Of a stretch of DNA of 38,681 nt, positions 27,730-36,700 are shown in pieces. The stretch spans positions 1 to 38,681 of IMG/VR virus record IMGVR_UViG_3300005470_000011; one strand, written 5' to 3'. Numbering within the stretch: the stretch's first letter is position 1; each line of letters begins with the position of its first letter. The notes under the pieces were generated by a model, which was not told the DNA's origin, searched no databases, and saw only the letters and a list, made by a program, of their open reading frames with translations. Made by a program: the position numbers and the translations under genes. Origin of the DNA: a virus. Taxonomy: Duplodnaviria > Caudoviricetes.

Positions 27730-27823
27730 GGTCTCTAGCCGTGGAGAATTATATTTGCTTTATGATACTAATATGCTGTATCATAGCTATTAAACTATTT
27801 ATACATAAACTAAAGGACCTATA

Positions 27824-28015
27824 ATGGCAACTGAACTTAATGATATCACCTATAATTTAATGATGGGTAACTGGACACAAAGTATTGAGGATATTAAGCA
27901 TCTCGATACTGAGACTGACACATTTACTAAAGAAATTCACCTCCTAGATAGAAATGAATTAGAGAATCTAGCTTTATGCTTATTATATGCTTTAAAGGAT
28001 ACAAAATGGCAATAG
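27824..28015 (+). CDS. Hypothetical protein
   Basis: AAGGA RBS. Confidence 0.65.
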   Translation: MATELNDITYNLMMGNWTQSIEDIKHLDTETDTFTKEIHLLDRNELENLALCLLYALKDTKWQ

Positions 28016-28227
28016 AAATTGAGATTAATAAAGACAACTGTGCAAACCTATATTTTGATGAGTTAGGTAACATAAGCTTCACGAGGGTGATTAATAATAA
28101 AATCTATAATGTGAGCACTAAAGCGGATGATGTGCTCAACATACTAAGTAACCTATCTACTATGAGTAATGATGACTTCATCTTCATTTCGGTACTACAA
28201 AAATCCTCAAGTGAAGCCGTTGAATAA
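28006..28227 (+). CDS. Hypothetical protein
   Basis: AAGGA RBS before the ATG at 28006 (MAIEIE...). Confidence 0.6.
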   Translation: MAIEIEINKDNCANLYFDELGNISFTRVINNKIYNVSTKADDVLNILSNLSTMSNDDFIFISVLQKSSSEAVE

Positions 28228-28680
28228 CTAAATATATTAAATGAAGCCGTGTGGGTAACTATTCAAATAAGGTGTCGTAGCTTCCTACTATGGCACTCAA
28301 TGATAAGTCACTTCCTAATTTAGAATGAAATAATGCAATATTTAGCCTTCTTATTCCCATAAAAATGATTAATTAATTATATATATATTTTTTAAATTAA
28401 ATTATAAAATAATCATTATTTTACTCCGTCCTTTTAAACAAAGGCCCCGCAATCAATATTATCATCATTATAAAAAATAAAATACTACGTTAATTAGGAA
28501 GTTAAGAAAAGCAATAATCAAGCAACCCTCACCACACTTCCTAATTAACAATAAATAAACTGTTGTTGTATATAACTATAAAAAATTCATTATTTCACTC
28601 TGATGCTTTAAACACTAAGCCCGTAGCTATTATAAATTTATTATCGAATATTATAGATATTATTTTAAAAATATTTTAAT
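28228..28680. other. Putative replication origin region
   Basis: Very AT-rich non-coding stretch upstream of the primase-helicase, with a perfect 14-bp IR (28489-28502 / 28536-28549) and imperfect direct repeats. Confidence 0.45.
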
Positions 28681-28681
28681 T

Positions 28682-28713
28682 TAATTTAAAACTAATTTAA
28701 AAAATGATATAAT
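28682..28713 (+). promoter_or_regulatory. Promoter for the primase operon
   Basis: TAATTTAAAACTAATT-N10-TATAAT with extended TG. Confidence 0.65.
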
Positions 28714-28745
28714 TATAATTATGATAAATTAATAAAGGATTAATA

Positions 28746-29066
28746 ATGTATTATGAGCTAAAGGCGATTGACTTGTACAATAAAGTTAATAAGTATGGAA
28801 AGAAGGGATTAGGGCTATATAAAGGGTTATACGTATATAGGCGAGAAGTTAGAGAGGATATAAACAATGTAGGTATTCAGAAGGTTGCATTACTATTGGA
28901 TAATATGAATACATCGCAACTAAGCACAATAAACCAAATGCTAAAAGGTATAATAGCTGAGGAGCAATGTGAAGAGGGCGAGAAGTTGGTAAAAGACTTA
29001 AAGGCTGAACCATCGCAACAAACGCAACATATAGTAGATAGTTTAAACAATACTGATTGGAACTAA
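28746..29066 (+). CDS. Hypothetical protein
   Basis: AAGGA RBS; directly precedes the primase. Confidence 0.7.
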   Translation: MYYELKAIDLYNKVNKYGKKGLGLYKGLYVYRREVREDINNVGIQKVALLLDNMNTSQLSTINQMLKGIIAEEQCEEGEKLVKDLKAEPSQQTQHIVDSLNNTDWN

Positions 29067-29067
29067 T

Positions 29068-31449
29068 ATGGATAAACAACTAATAATAAATAGTTTTAAG
29101 AAGTATGACATAGAGCTTCACCCGGCAGGGATATGGGAATTCGACACTAATGGTAAGAAGAGACCGAAGGTAGCTTATAGAATTGATGGGTTAAATATAG
29201 ATGACTATCCAGATGATAATATGTTTAAGCTAAGAATAGAGAAGACTCCATATTTGGTTATAGATGTTGATGGTGGAGATATAGGTAGTTTATACCAGAT
29301 GTTTCCAAGCATAGCTAAGACGCTTACAACAACAACCACGGCAGATAATAAGTTTCATATCTACATACAACGACCTGAGGAGTTTCCACTAACAAGAATA
29401 GTTAATGCTTTACCTAAAATAGATATACTAAGTAATGGCATAGTGTTTGAGGGTCATCTATATAATATAAATGAGTACTATGATATTGAGGGTAGAGATA
29501 TAGTTGAACTAACTGAAGATGAGATAATGAAGCTTAGAACCTATGTACCAAGGGATATTAAATACACAAAGCCAGGTGTTAAGTATGAAAGACGTAGTGA
29601 CCCAGAAGAGTTACACTTGATAGAAGATTACTTGAAAGATACACTAACAAATCCGGAAAGATTATGGAATAAGCTATCTATAAAGGATGAGGTTGGTAGT
29701 AAGAAGCAAGGTAGGCCAACGGGTAAAGTACCAGAGCTAAGCTACGATAGGTTTAATTTGATGAGCTATTGGATTGCTATTAACCAGTTTATACCACACA
29801 ATAAGGTTATTAGTTTCCTTGAGAAGGTACTTGTAAAAGAGTATAACATTAACTTAGATACACAACAAACACAACAAAGGTTCTATAAACAGATAGTTCC
29901 TACACTACCTATTATTGAGGTTAATTATTTCGATAGTTGGGGAGGTTTTGTGAATAAACTACCGATTAGTGATAATGGGCAATGGAAATTAGTTGGTACA
30001 ACACTACCTAATTCTGGGACATCAAAGGCTAGCAAATGTTTTATAGCTATAGATAAGTACACAAATATACCATACCGTCCTAATGGGTCATTACTATTAG
30101 ATAGAAGCTGGGTGAACACATATTTTCAGACCTTACAGCCAGACCACTTAACTATGCTGGATATGGTTGAGATTACAGAGAATCCATACTTACCCAAAGT
30201 ATCTAGAGATGTTAAGACTGGCGTATTTACACTAAGCACACTAGAACCGACGGAGTATATAGTTAACTTAGCAGAGTTACCTGTTAAGCCTAACCCACAG
30301 AACAATGTGATTGCTAAGGCAATAGAAGGTGTATTTTGCAAAACAGAGGAAATGGATATTATAGATATAGATAGAGTAGGTAATATAATAGACCCAGTGG
30401 AGTTTTATTATCATTGGTTAGCTCACATATTATTTTCGACCAAACAACTCAAGATGGTTATGAGCCTAGTTACTGGTGCTACAGTATTAGGTGGAACAGG
30501 GAAGACAATATTAACTCTAACATTGCCTGAACTAATATTACCTATTGGAGCTGTAGCCCAGTCGAATGAAAGTACAGCAGCTAAATGGGATGATGACTTT
30601 TATGATAAGAAGTTAACAACAATAGATGATATGAAAGACTTAGAGCTTTGGAAAAAAGAGTTATTTGCAAGAATAAAGCAACTTACATCTGGGTCAGGTT
30701 CAATAACTATGAATAGAAAAGGTAAGGGGATTTCAAGAGGGCAGGGTAGAATACCTAGCCTAGCTATAACTGCTAACTTTATACCTACAATAGAAGACTC
30801 AGACCGTAGAATATTTATGTGGGCACCACAACATAAGTTAGAAGGCGTAGATGCCCTGGACTTTGTAGATATAATAGAATCTCCAGAGTATCATAATGAA
30901 ATACAAGAGGTAGCTAACTATTGCTATTACTTGTTTAATAACCATAGAGATAAGTATAGAACTGAGCTATATGCACAGGCACCTAGAACCACACTATATA
31001 GAAATGCTAGAGCTGAGGGTGCAATAGGTCCTAAACTATTATCCATTATTAAGGCTGGGCCTGATAAGCTATTTAGCATATTTATGCCTACTAAAAAATC
31101 CGCATTAACGCATCACGAGATAGCAGAGTTAATAGTTAATCAATCCACATTAGTTGGTAGTAAGTATTCAATATCTATGCCACAGCAAGCTTTAAGAATA
31201 ATATATGACGCCTCTAGGGCAGATGACTTTGCTATAGAGACTTCAGCAGCTAAGCTAGCCAATGCACTAAATTGCGGGGCTTTTAATAGAATAACTAAAG
31301 AGTGGTATAGAGAACATTATCCTGATTGGGTACAAAATGGGGTTACAATAAAACATGTAGATGAAGAGATTATAGATAGTTATAAGCTTTGGTTGAAGCA
31401 GAATAACAAACCTACTAGTAAGAAGGAAGGCATAACTATAGAGCTTTAA
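29068..31449 (+). CDS. Bifunctional primase-polymerase (AEP) fused to an SF3-type helicase
   Basis: VIDVD and KFHIY primase motifs; GGTGKT Walker A, IDD Walker B, TAN, DSDRR. Confidence 0.85.
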   Translation: MDKQLIINSFKKYDIELHPAGIWEFDTNGKKRPKVAYRIDGLNIDDYPDDNMFKLRIEKTPYLVIDVDGGDIGSLYQMFPSIAKTLTTTTTADNKFHIYIQRPEEFPLTRIVNALPKIDILSNGIVFEGHLYNINEYYDIEGRDIVELTEDEIMKLRTYVPRDIKYTKPGVKYERRSDPEELHLIEDYLKDTLTNPERLWNKLSIKDEVGSKKQGRPTGKVPELSYDRFNLMSYWIAINQFIPHNKVISFLEKVLVKEYNINLDTQQTQQRFYKQIVPTLPIIEVNYFDSWGGFVNKLPISDNGQWKLVGTTLPNSGTSKASKCFIAIDKYTNIPYRPNGSLLLDRSWVNTYFQTLQPDHLTMLDMVEITENPYLPKVSRDVKTGVFTLSTLEPTEYIVNLAELPVKPNPQNNVIAKAIEGVFCKTEEMDIIDIDRVGNIIDPVEFYYHWLAHILFSTKQLKMVMSLVTGATVLGGTGKTILTLTLPELILPIGAVAQSNESTAAKWDDDFYDKKLTTIDDMKDLELWKKELFARIKQLTSGSGSITMNRKGKGISRGQGRIPSLAITANFIPTIEDSDRRIFMWAPQHKLEGVDALDFVDIIESPEYHNEIQEVANYCYYLFNNHRDKYRTELYAQAPRTTLYRNARAEGAIGPKLLSIIKAGPDKLFSIFMPTKKSALTHHEIAELIVNQSTLVGSKYSISMPQQALRIIYDASRADDFAIETSAAKLANALNCGAFNRITKEWYREHYPDWVQNGVTIKHVDEEIIDSYKLWLKQNNKPTSKKEGITIEL

Positions 31450-31467
31450 AAGCAAATTAGATATATA

Positions 31468-31515
31468 AATTAGATTAATAAATTAATATTAGTCTAATTG
31501 ATATTATGATATAAT
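31468..31515 (+). promoter_or_regulatory. Promoter overlapped by an inverted repeat
   Basis: TGATATAAT (-10 at 31510-31515); IR AATTAGATTAATA / TATTAGTCTAATT. Confidence 0.6.
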
Positions 31516-31549
31516 AATATTATAAATAAAAAGAAATAAGGAATTCGAA

Positions 31550-32032
31550 ATGAATATATTCGTATTAGACTATGATGTTAAAAAGTGTGTGGAGTATCAC
31601 TGCGATAAGCATGTTGTTAAAATGATTTTAGAGTCAGCTCAGATGATGTGCACAGTAGCTAGAGAAGTTACCGAGGATAAAATTTATGTACCATATAAAA
31701 CTACACACCTCAACCACCCTTGTACGAAATGGGCAAGAGAGTCAAGACAAAACTTCCTATGGCTAATGGATTTATTTAATGAACTACACGAGGAGTGGCA
31801 ATATAGATTTAATCATGACACTGACCACTTAAGCTATTATAAACTACAGGAAGTTGATTGGGAGTTAGTACTAGAGCAATTACCGAATATTGGATTAACA
31901 CAGTTTGCACAAGCTATGCCTGACGAATATAGAAATGATGATGCTGTTATAGCATATCGTAACTACTATATTAATGATAAGGCTGGCTTATTAACTTATA
32001 CACAAAGGAGTAAACCAGAATGGATAAAGTAA
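31550..32032 (+). CDS. Pyrimidine dimer DNA glycosylase / endonuclease V family protein
   Basis: MNIFVLD...HCDKHVVKMILESAQM, THLNHPCTKW, QAMPDEY, AYRNYY. Confidence 0.85.
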   Translation: MNIFVLDYDVKKCVEYHCDKHVVKMILESAQMMCTVAREVTEDKIYVPYKTTHLNHPCTKWARESRQNFLWLMDLFNELHEEWQYRFNHDTDHLSYYKLQEVDWELVLEQLPNIGLTQFAQAMPDEYRNDDAVIAYRNYYINDKAGLLTYTQRSKPEWIK

Positions 32033-32247
32033 GAAGTAAAGATGATAATGGTAGAAAAGACTATAAACGAGGTAGTAAGAAAATTAAGCAATATAACTAC
32101 TCTGACCCTGAAGTACAGAAAGGGATGAGTGATATGATAAAAGCGTGGGAAAAGAATAATAAGGTCAAAAAGTTTGGTACCTCAATGAATAGAAAGTTAT
32201 TTGGTGATATAGTACCAATTAAAGAAACTAAAGTTAATGGGTGGTAA
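32020..32247 (+). CDS. Hypothetical basic protein
   Basis: AAGGAG RBS, overlapping operon organisation. Confidence 0.6.
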   Translation: MDKVRSKDDNGRKDYKRGSKKIKQYNYSDPEVQKGMSDMIKAWEKNNKVKKFGTSMNRKLFGDIVPIKETKVNGW

Positions 32248-32555
32248 TAGTTATGAATAACAAAACAAAAGAACACATAGAAGATTTGTATAGAGAAAAG
32301 ACTCAACTTTATTCAGTTTTAGAAAGTATGAATAAATATATATATTCACTAGAGAAGGCTTTAAAACAAAAACCTAGAGTAGAAACTAAAATAATTATGG
32401 ATAAAGATGAAGTGTATAGAACTAATAGTGTTAAGCTATTCAAACAGTATAATAGAGAGATAGAGGAACTTAAACAACAATTAGCTCTTAAGGATAAAGA
32501 GATAGATTGCTTAAAAGCTGTATACATTAAAGCAGATGGGGAGTATAGAGTATGA
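32241..32555 (+). CDS. Hypothetical coiled-coil protein
   Basis: Operon position; start may be the ATG at 32253. Confidence 0.6.
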   Translation: MVIVMNNKTKEHIEDLYREKTQLYSVLESMNKYIYSLEKALKQKPRVETKIIMDKDEVYRTNSVKLFKQYNREIEELKQQLALKDKEIDCLKAVYIKADGEYRV

Positions 32556-32779
32556 AAAATAAACTATTAATAATGATATGGTTATTAGTTAGTATTTTAT
32601 CATACAAAGTATTTGCTAATGATATATGCTGGAATGTACAAAAGAATGAATGGGTTACATACGAATGGGTACAGTATCCAACCGTTGATTATAATTCAAT
32701 AGATAATGATGGTAGATATATGTTTACATATCAAACAACTAAAGATAGCTATAGCTGTCAATATATAGAGGAGTACTAA
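32552..32779 (+). CDS. Small exported protein with signal peptide
   Basis: MKNKLLIMIWLLVSILSYKVFA|ND Sec-type signal, two Cys in the mature part. Confidence 0.6.
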   Translation: MKNKLLIMIWLLVSILSYKVFANDICWNVQKNEWVTYEWVQYPTVDYNSIDNDGRYMFTYQTTKDSYSCQYIEEY

Positions 32780-32780
32780 A

Positions 32781-33758
32781 ATGAATTTAGAAGAAACTTT
32801 AAGACTGCACGAGATGTGGTTAAATGATATAGAAGGTGGAACTAGAGCAAACCTTAGAGGAGTAAACCTTTATGGAGCAAACCTTAGAGGAGTAAACCTT
32901 TATGGAGCAAACCTTGAAGGAGTAAACCTTTATGGAGCAAACCTTGAAGGAGTAAACCTTTATGGAGTAAACCTTGAAGGAGCAATCCTTAGAGGAGCAA
33001 TCCTTAGAGGAGCAAACCTTAGAGGAGCAAACCTTCAAGGAGCAAACCTTAGAGGAGCAAACCTTCAAGGAGCATACCTTCAAGGAGCAATCCTTAATGA
33101 AGTGAACCTTAGAGGAGCAAACCTTCAAGGAGCATACCTTCAAGGAGCAATCCTTAATGAAGTGAACCTTAATGAAGTGAACCTTAGAGGAGTAAACCTT
33201 TATGGAGCAAACCTTGAAGGAGCAAACCTTAATGAAGTGAACCTTGAAGGAGCAAACCTTTATGGAGCAAACCTTGAAGGAGCAAACCTTAATGAAGTGA
33301 ACCTTGAAGGAGCAAACCTTTATGTAGCAAACCTTAATGAAGTGAACCTTAATGAAGTGAACCTTGAAGGAGCAAACCTTAGAGGAGCAAACCTTAGAGG
33401 AGCAAACCTTCAAGGAGCAAACCTTAGAGGAGTAAACCTTGGAGGAGCAAACCTTGAAGGAGCAAACCTTAGAGGAACAAACCTTGGAGGAGCAAACCTT
33501 GAAGGAGCAAACCTTGAAGGAGCAATCCTTAGAGGAGCAAACCTTAGAGGAGCAAACCTTGAAGAAGCAGATGGATATTACTCTTTTGTTGCATATGATA
33601 CAAGCAAGAGAATTGTTCATTGTTTTAAGAATAAAAATAATTGGATGATTAAAGCTGGTTGTTTCTGGGGAACTATTGAAGAACTAGAAGAGAAAGTTAA
33701 AGCAACACACAATAGCAAAGTATACCTTGCTAATATTGAAATTCTAAAAGGATTATAA
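32781..33758 (+). CDS. Pentapeptide repeat protein
   Basis: About 48 (A/V)NLxG repeats plus C-terminal IKAGCFWGT domain. Confidence 0.95.
   Translation: MNLEETLRLHEMWLNDIEGGTRANLRGVNLYGANLRGVNLYGANLEGVNLYGANLEGVNLYGVNLEGAILRGAILRGANLRGANLQGANLRGANLQGAYLQGAILNEVNLRGANLQGAYLQGAILNEVNLNEVNLRGVNLYGANLEGANLNEVNLEGANLYGANLEGANLNEVNLEGANLYVANLNEVNLNEVNLEGANLRGANLRGANLQGANLRGVNLGGANLEGANLRGTNLGGANLEGANLEGAILRGANLRGANLEEADGYYSFVAYDTSKRIVHCFKNKNNWMIKAGCFWGTIEELEEKVKATHNSKVYLANIEILKGL
32844..33563 (+). repeat. 15-bp coding tandem repeat, ~48 units
   Basis: GGAGCAAACCTTNNN unit with higher-order block duplications. Confidence 0.95.
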
Positions 33759-33808
33759 AATGAATTTAAACCAACTAAAGATAGCTGTCAATACATAGAG
33801 GAGTAACT

Positions 33809-34033
33809 ATGAGTAGAGCATACGATAAGTGGTATCACAGTAAAGGTGAACAACTACAAGAATCGTTAGAAGATTGGTATAACAATATACCACCTTGTAT
33901 TAATCCAATAGAGGACTTAGGTATCTTAGATATTGAAGAGTTTATAAATGAAAAGTTAATGTTTGAATATGAATCAGATATGGGGGATATTGCAGACCAA
34001 AAATATAATGAGTACAAAGAGAAGGATATCTAA
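33809..34033 (+). CDS. Hypothetical acidic protein
   Basis: GAGGAG RBS. Confidence 0.65.
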   Translation: MSRAYDKWYHSKGEQLQESLEDWYNNIPPCINPIEDLGILDIEEFINEKLMFEYESDMGDIADQKYNEYKEKDI

Positions 34034-34267
34034 ATGGCTTGTAAGTGCGGGCAACCTAGATTATCTTATGCTAGTAGATGTAAAGAATGTAATAAAAAGT
34101 ATATGAGAAAATATATGAAAAGTAAGTATATAAAAAAGCCTAAAACCGAGAAAAGCTATAAACTAAAACAAATAGTTTTTCTATCTACTAATTGCAAGCT
34201 ATACAGAGAAAATAAAGTAGAGTTTTGGGTTCGTAAATATAGAAAATCATTAAGCGAGGAGTTATAA
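34034..34267 (+). CDS. Small basic zinc-finger-like protein
   Basis: CKCG...CKEC motif. Confidence 0.6.
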   Translation: MACKCGQPRLSYASRCKECNKKYMRKYMKSKYIKKPKTEKSYKLKQIVFLSTNCKLYRENKVEFWVRKYRKSLSEEL

Positions 34268-34492
34268 ATGAAACTTAAAGAGGAATTAGAATTAATGTTA
34301 TCACATAGTCAGTCACAGCATAATATAGTAGATTCTGAAAGATTGGTTAGAGCTATCGAGGTAATAGATAACATAGTAGAGCTTAAAATATATTGTTTAA
34401 ATAATATGAATAACGGGAAGCTAAAACATAATGAAGCTATTTGTTATAGTGATATTAACAATAAAATAGAGGAGATATTGAATGAACATTAA
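34268..34492 (+). CDS. Hypothetical protein
   Basis: GAGGAG RBS. Confidence 0.65.
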   Translation: MKLKEELELMLSHSQSQHNIVDSERLVRAIEVIDNIVELKIYCLNNMNNGKLKHNEAICYSDINNKIEEILNEH

Positions 34493-35672
34493 TTATACTG
34501 TAGGTTATGCTGGTACCGGTAAGTCTACTGAGTTACTTAACTACGTAAAACAGGTACCTCTAGAATCAGCAGTAGTTATTTGCCCTACGCATAAAGCTAT
34601 AGATAGATTAAGACCTAATTTACCTGATTTATTAGAGGTTAAAACTATACATGCTTTGTTAGGCTGGGTGCCTTCAATTAATGAAAACGCTACGCATATA
34701 AATCATATAGATACTACTATTAAACTAGACCATCCGTTAGGTGAGTATAGTCATATTATAATAGATGAGGCTGGTATGATGAGCGAAGATATGTTTATGG
34801 ATATAACTGGTAAGCTAGAGGAAGAGAACAGCTTTGAGACTGACCATATAACACTTAGCTTATACCTTGACCCTTATCAGCTATTACCAGTTAAAGGGCA
34901 ACAGATACAATTAGACCCAGAAACAACCACTAGATTAACCACTCAACATAGAGCTGAATCACCAGACGTTGTGGCATTATTTACTAAGTTTGTTAATTAT
35001 TTAGAGGGTACTAATGCTAAAGACCTGGTGATTGAAAATAGTGAAAATGTATCATATCTTCGCACTATAGAGAACTTTAGAAAAGGCGATAGGCTATTAG
35101 CTTATACAAATGAGTGCGTAGGTAAGTATAATCTAGAGATTGCTAGCCAATTAGGTATTAGAGATTATATTGGCCAAGAAGTTCAGCTAGGTAATAAATC
35201 TAGGAGTTTTGTGCCTGAAAAGTACCTTAATCCTTCTATAGATGATTTAATAAATCTATATGAAAATGGCTATTTATATCTCCAGAATTCACAAATAAAT
35301 AAGAAATTTTTAAAATCCTCACTACAGGCCTTGATAGATTGTAAAGATATAGATTTTGTGCAAATAGGTAGACTAGTAGTACCTGTTATTATAGGCATTA
35401 ATAATAGTTACTTAGCTATTAAGAAAGCAAAAGCTTTAGCAGTAGAAGATAAGAAAAACTTCAAGTGGGTTTATGCTTTAGGTAGAGCCTTTACAATGGA
35501 TTATACTTTTGCAAGTACAGTTCATAAAGCACAAGGCTCTGAGTTCGATAGGGTTTGGATAGTTAAAAGTGATATACAGAAAGCGATAGTTAATGGTTAT
35601 TATAATAACTACGCTAGAATGATGTATGTTGCAATTTCTAGAGCTCGTAAAACAGTTTTTGTGTTACCGTAG
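34482..35672 (+). CDS. Dda/RecD-like SF1B helicase
   Basis: GYAGTGKS, PTHKA, TIH, IDEAGM, DPYQLLPV, QHR, TVHKAQGSEF, YVAISRA. Confidence 0.92.
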   Translation: MNINYTVGYAGTGKSTELLNYVKQVPLESAVVICPTHKAIDRLRPNLPDLLEVKTIHALLGWVPSINENATHINHIDTTIKLDHPLGEYSHIIIDEAGMMSEDMFMDITGKLEEENSFETDHITLSLYLDPYQLLPVKGQQIQLDPETTTRLTTQHRAESPDVVALFTKFVNYLEGTNAKDLVIENSENVSYLRTIENFRKGDRLLAYTNECVGKYNLEIASQLGIRDYIGQEVQLGNKSRSFVPEKYLNPSIDDLINLYENGYLYLQNSQINKKFLKSSLQALIDCKDIDFVQIGRLVVPVIIGINNSYLAIKKAKALAVEDKKNFKWVYALGRAFTMDYTFASTVHKAQGSEFDRVWIVKSDIQKAIVNGYYNNYARMMYVAISRARKTVFVLP

Positions 35673-35713
35673 GAGATTAAGATGAAAGAATTAATTATTA
35701 GAAAGGATTAAAC

Positions 35714-35917
35714 ATGTTACAACATAGTGTAGTAGAAATAAAAGCCATAAGCAATCATAAGTCAAATGAGTATACAATAAATGATTATAAGAAAGCTATA
35801 GCGAAGTATAAGAAAGAGAAGATAGGATTATTAGATAGAATAGATTACTTAGAAAAAGAATTAGAACACTTTAAACCTAAAAGTCACACAGTAGAAGAAT
35901 TACTAGAACTGTTCTAA
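35714..35917 (+). CDS. Hypothetical protein
   Basis: AAGGA RBS. Confidence 0.6.
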   Translation: MLQHSVVEIKAISNHKSNEYTINDYKKAIAKYKKEKIGLLDRIDYLEKELEHFKPKSHTVEELLELF

Positions 35918-35944
35918 GGTAATCAGAGAAATTTTAAATCTTTC

Positions 35945-36083
35945 GGCGATTTAAGCTAAATTTAATAATTTCTATGATATAATTATATTTATAAAGAGCG
36001 AAATTATTTTGTAAATATATTCAAAATTTAATTTTATTTCTTTTGGCGATTTAAGCTAAATTTAATAATAGATTCGATATAAT
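35945..36083 (+). promoter_or_regulatory. Two tandem promoters exactly 100 bp apart
   Basis: Identical GGCGATTTAAGCTAAATTTAATAAT at 35945 and 36045, TATAAT at 35978 and 36078. Confidence 0.85.
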
Positions 36084-36149
36084 ATATTTACAAAATAATT
36101 GAGATGAGCCAAAGTCACAGTTATTAAAATTTAAAACAAGGAAAATAAA

Positions 36150-36599
36150 ATGGCAACTAAAAAAGAATTAAACACAAAAGTACTAGAGTTATGTACACAA
36201 CACAAAGCACCTGAGGCATTAACAAAAGCACTTGATGAGTTAACAAGACCTGGTAAAGGTGGAGCAACTGTAAACGTTGAAGATGTATTCGTAGCAAAAG
36301 CTAAAGATGGTAAAGCATACCTACAATGTTCAGTGTCTGGATTATGGATGGAAGCTACAGCTGATAACTTCTATGAAGACGCTTCTGAAAACAACAAATT
36401 TGGTGGTCTTAAAAGATTATCTAGAGCTGCTGAGTCTGCTAGAAAGAAAGCTATCTCTGCTAAAAAAGCAACTGAAAAAGCTGTTATGGATGATTTATTA
36501 AGTGGTGCAATCGATAAAGATTCTGCAAACAAACAACTTGCAACTGTTAAAGGTCCAGACTTCTCTGGTATCGAAGGTTCAAAAAACAAACCAGTTTAA
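36150..36599 (+). CDS. Hypothetical protein, probably highly expressed; paralogue of 27268..27729
   Basis: AAGGA RBS, tandem promoters, shared motifs. Confidence 0.75.
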   Translation: MATKKELNTKVLELCTQHKAPEALTKALDELTRPGKGGATVNVEDVFVAKAKDGKAYLQCSVSGLWMEATADNFYEDASENNKFGGLKRLSRAAESARKKAISAKKATEKAVMDDLLSGAIDKDSANKQLATVKGPDFSGIEGSKNKPV

Positions 36600-36607
36600 T
36601 TACTGAG

Positions 36608-36700
36608 TTTGTAACTTCAATAAAAAGCAATACTAGGTTAGGTATTACCTACAGAAGAGGTGCGAGCCCTCGCCTTATTGCTTTTGTTTGAGGTTATAAA
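36608..36700 (+). ncRNA. Putative structured RNA element (long stem closing a three-way junction)
   Basis: 36608-36632 pairs with 36676-36700 (including G-U); inner hairpins TAGGT-ATT-ACCTA and GAGG-TGCGAGC-CCTC. Confidence 0.55.

Noticed and set aside
6344-31455. Many short ORFs antisense to or nested in major genes (e.g. 7793, 11904, 16369, 19528, 25403, 29925, 30126)
   Set aside because: Fully overlap well-supported genes and lack RBS or motifs
32844-33563. CRISPR-like array
   Set aside because: Contiguous in-frame coding repeats with no unique spacers
32820-33620. 266-aa Cys-rich antisense ORF (KVCSS repeats) and the +frame EEQTL ORF at 33439
   Set aside because: Shadow frames of the 15-bp pentapeptide repeat
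36633-36700. tRNA gene
   Set aside because: Has a T-arm-like hairpin but no D-arm/anticodon cloverleaf or acceptor end; kept as a structured RNA
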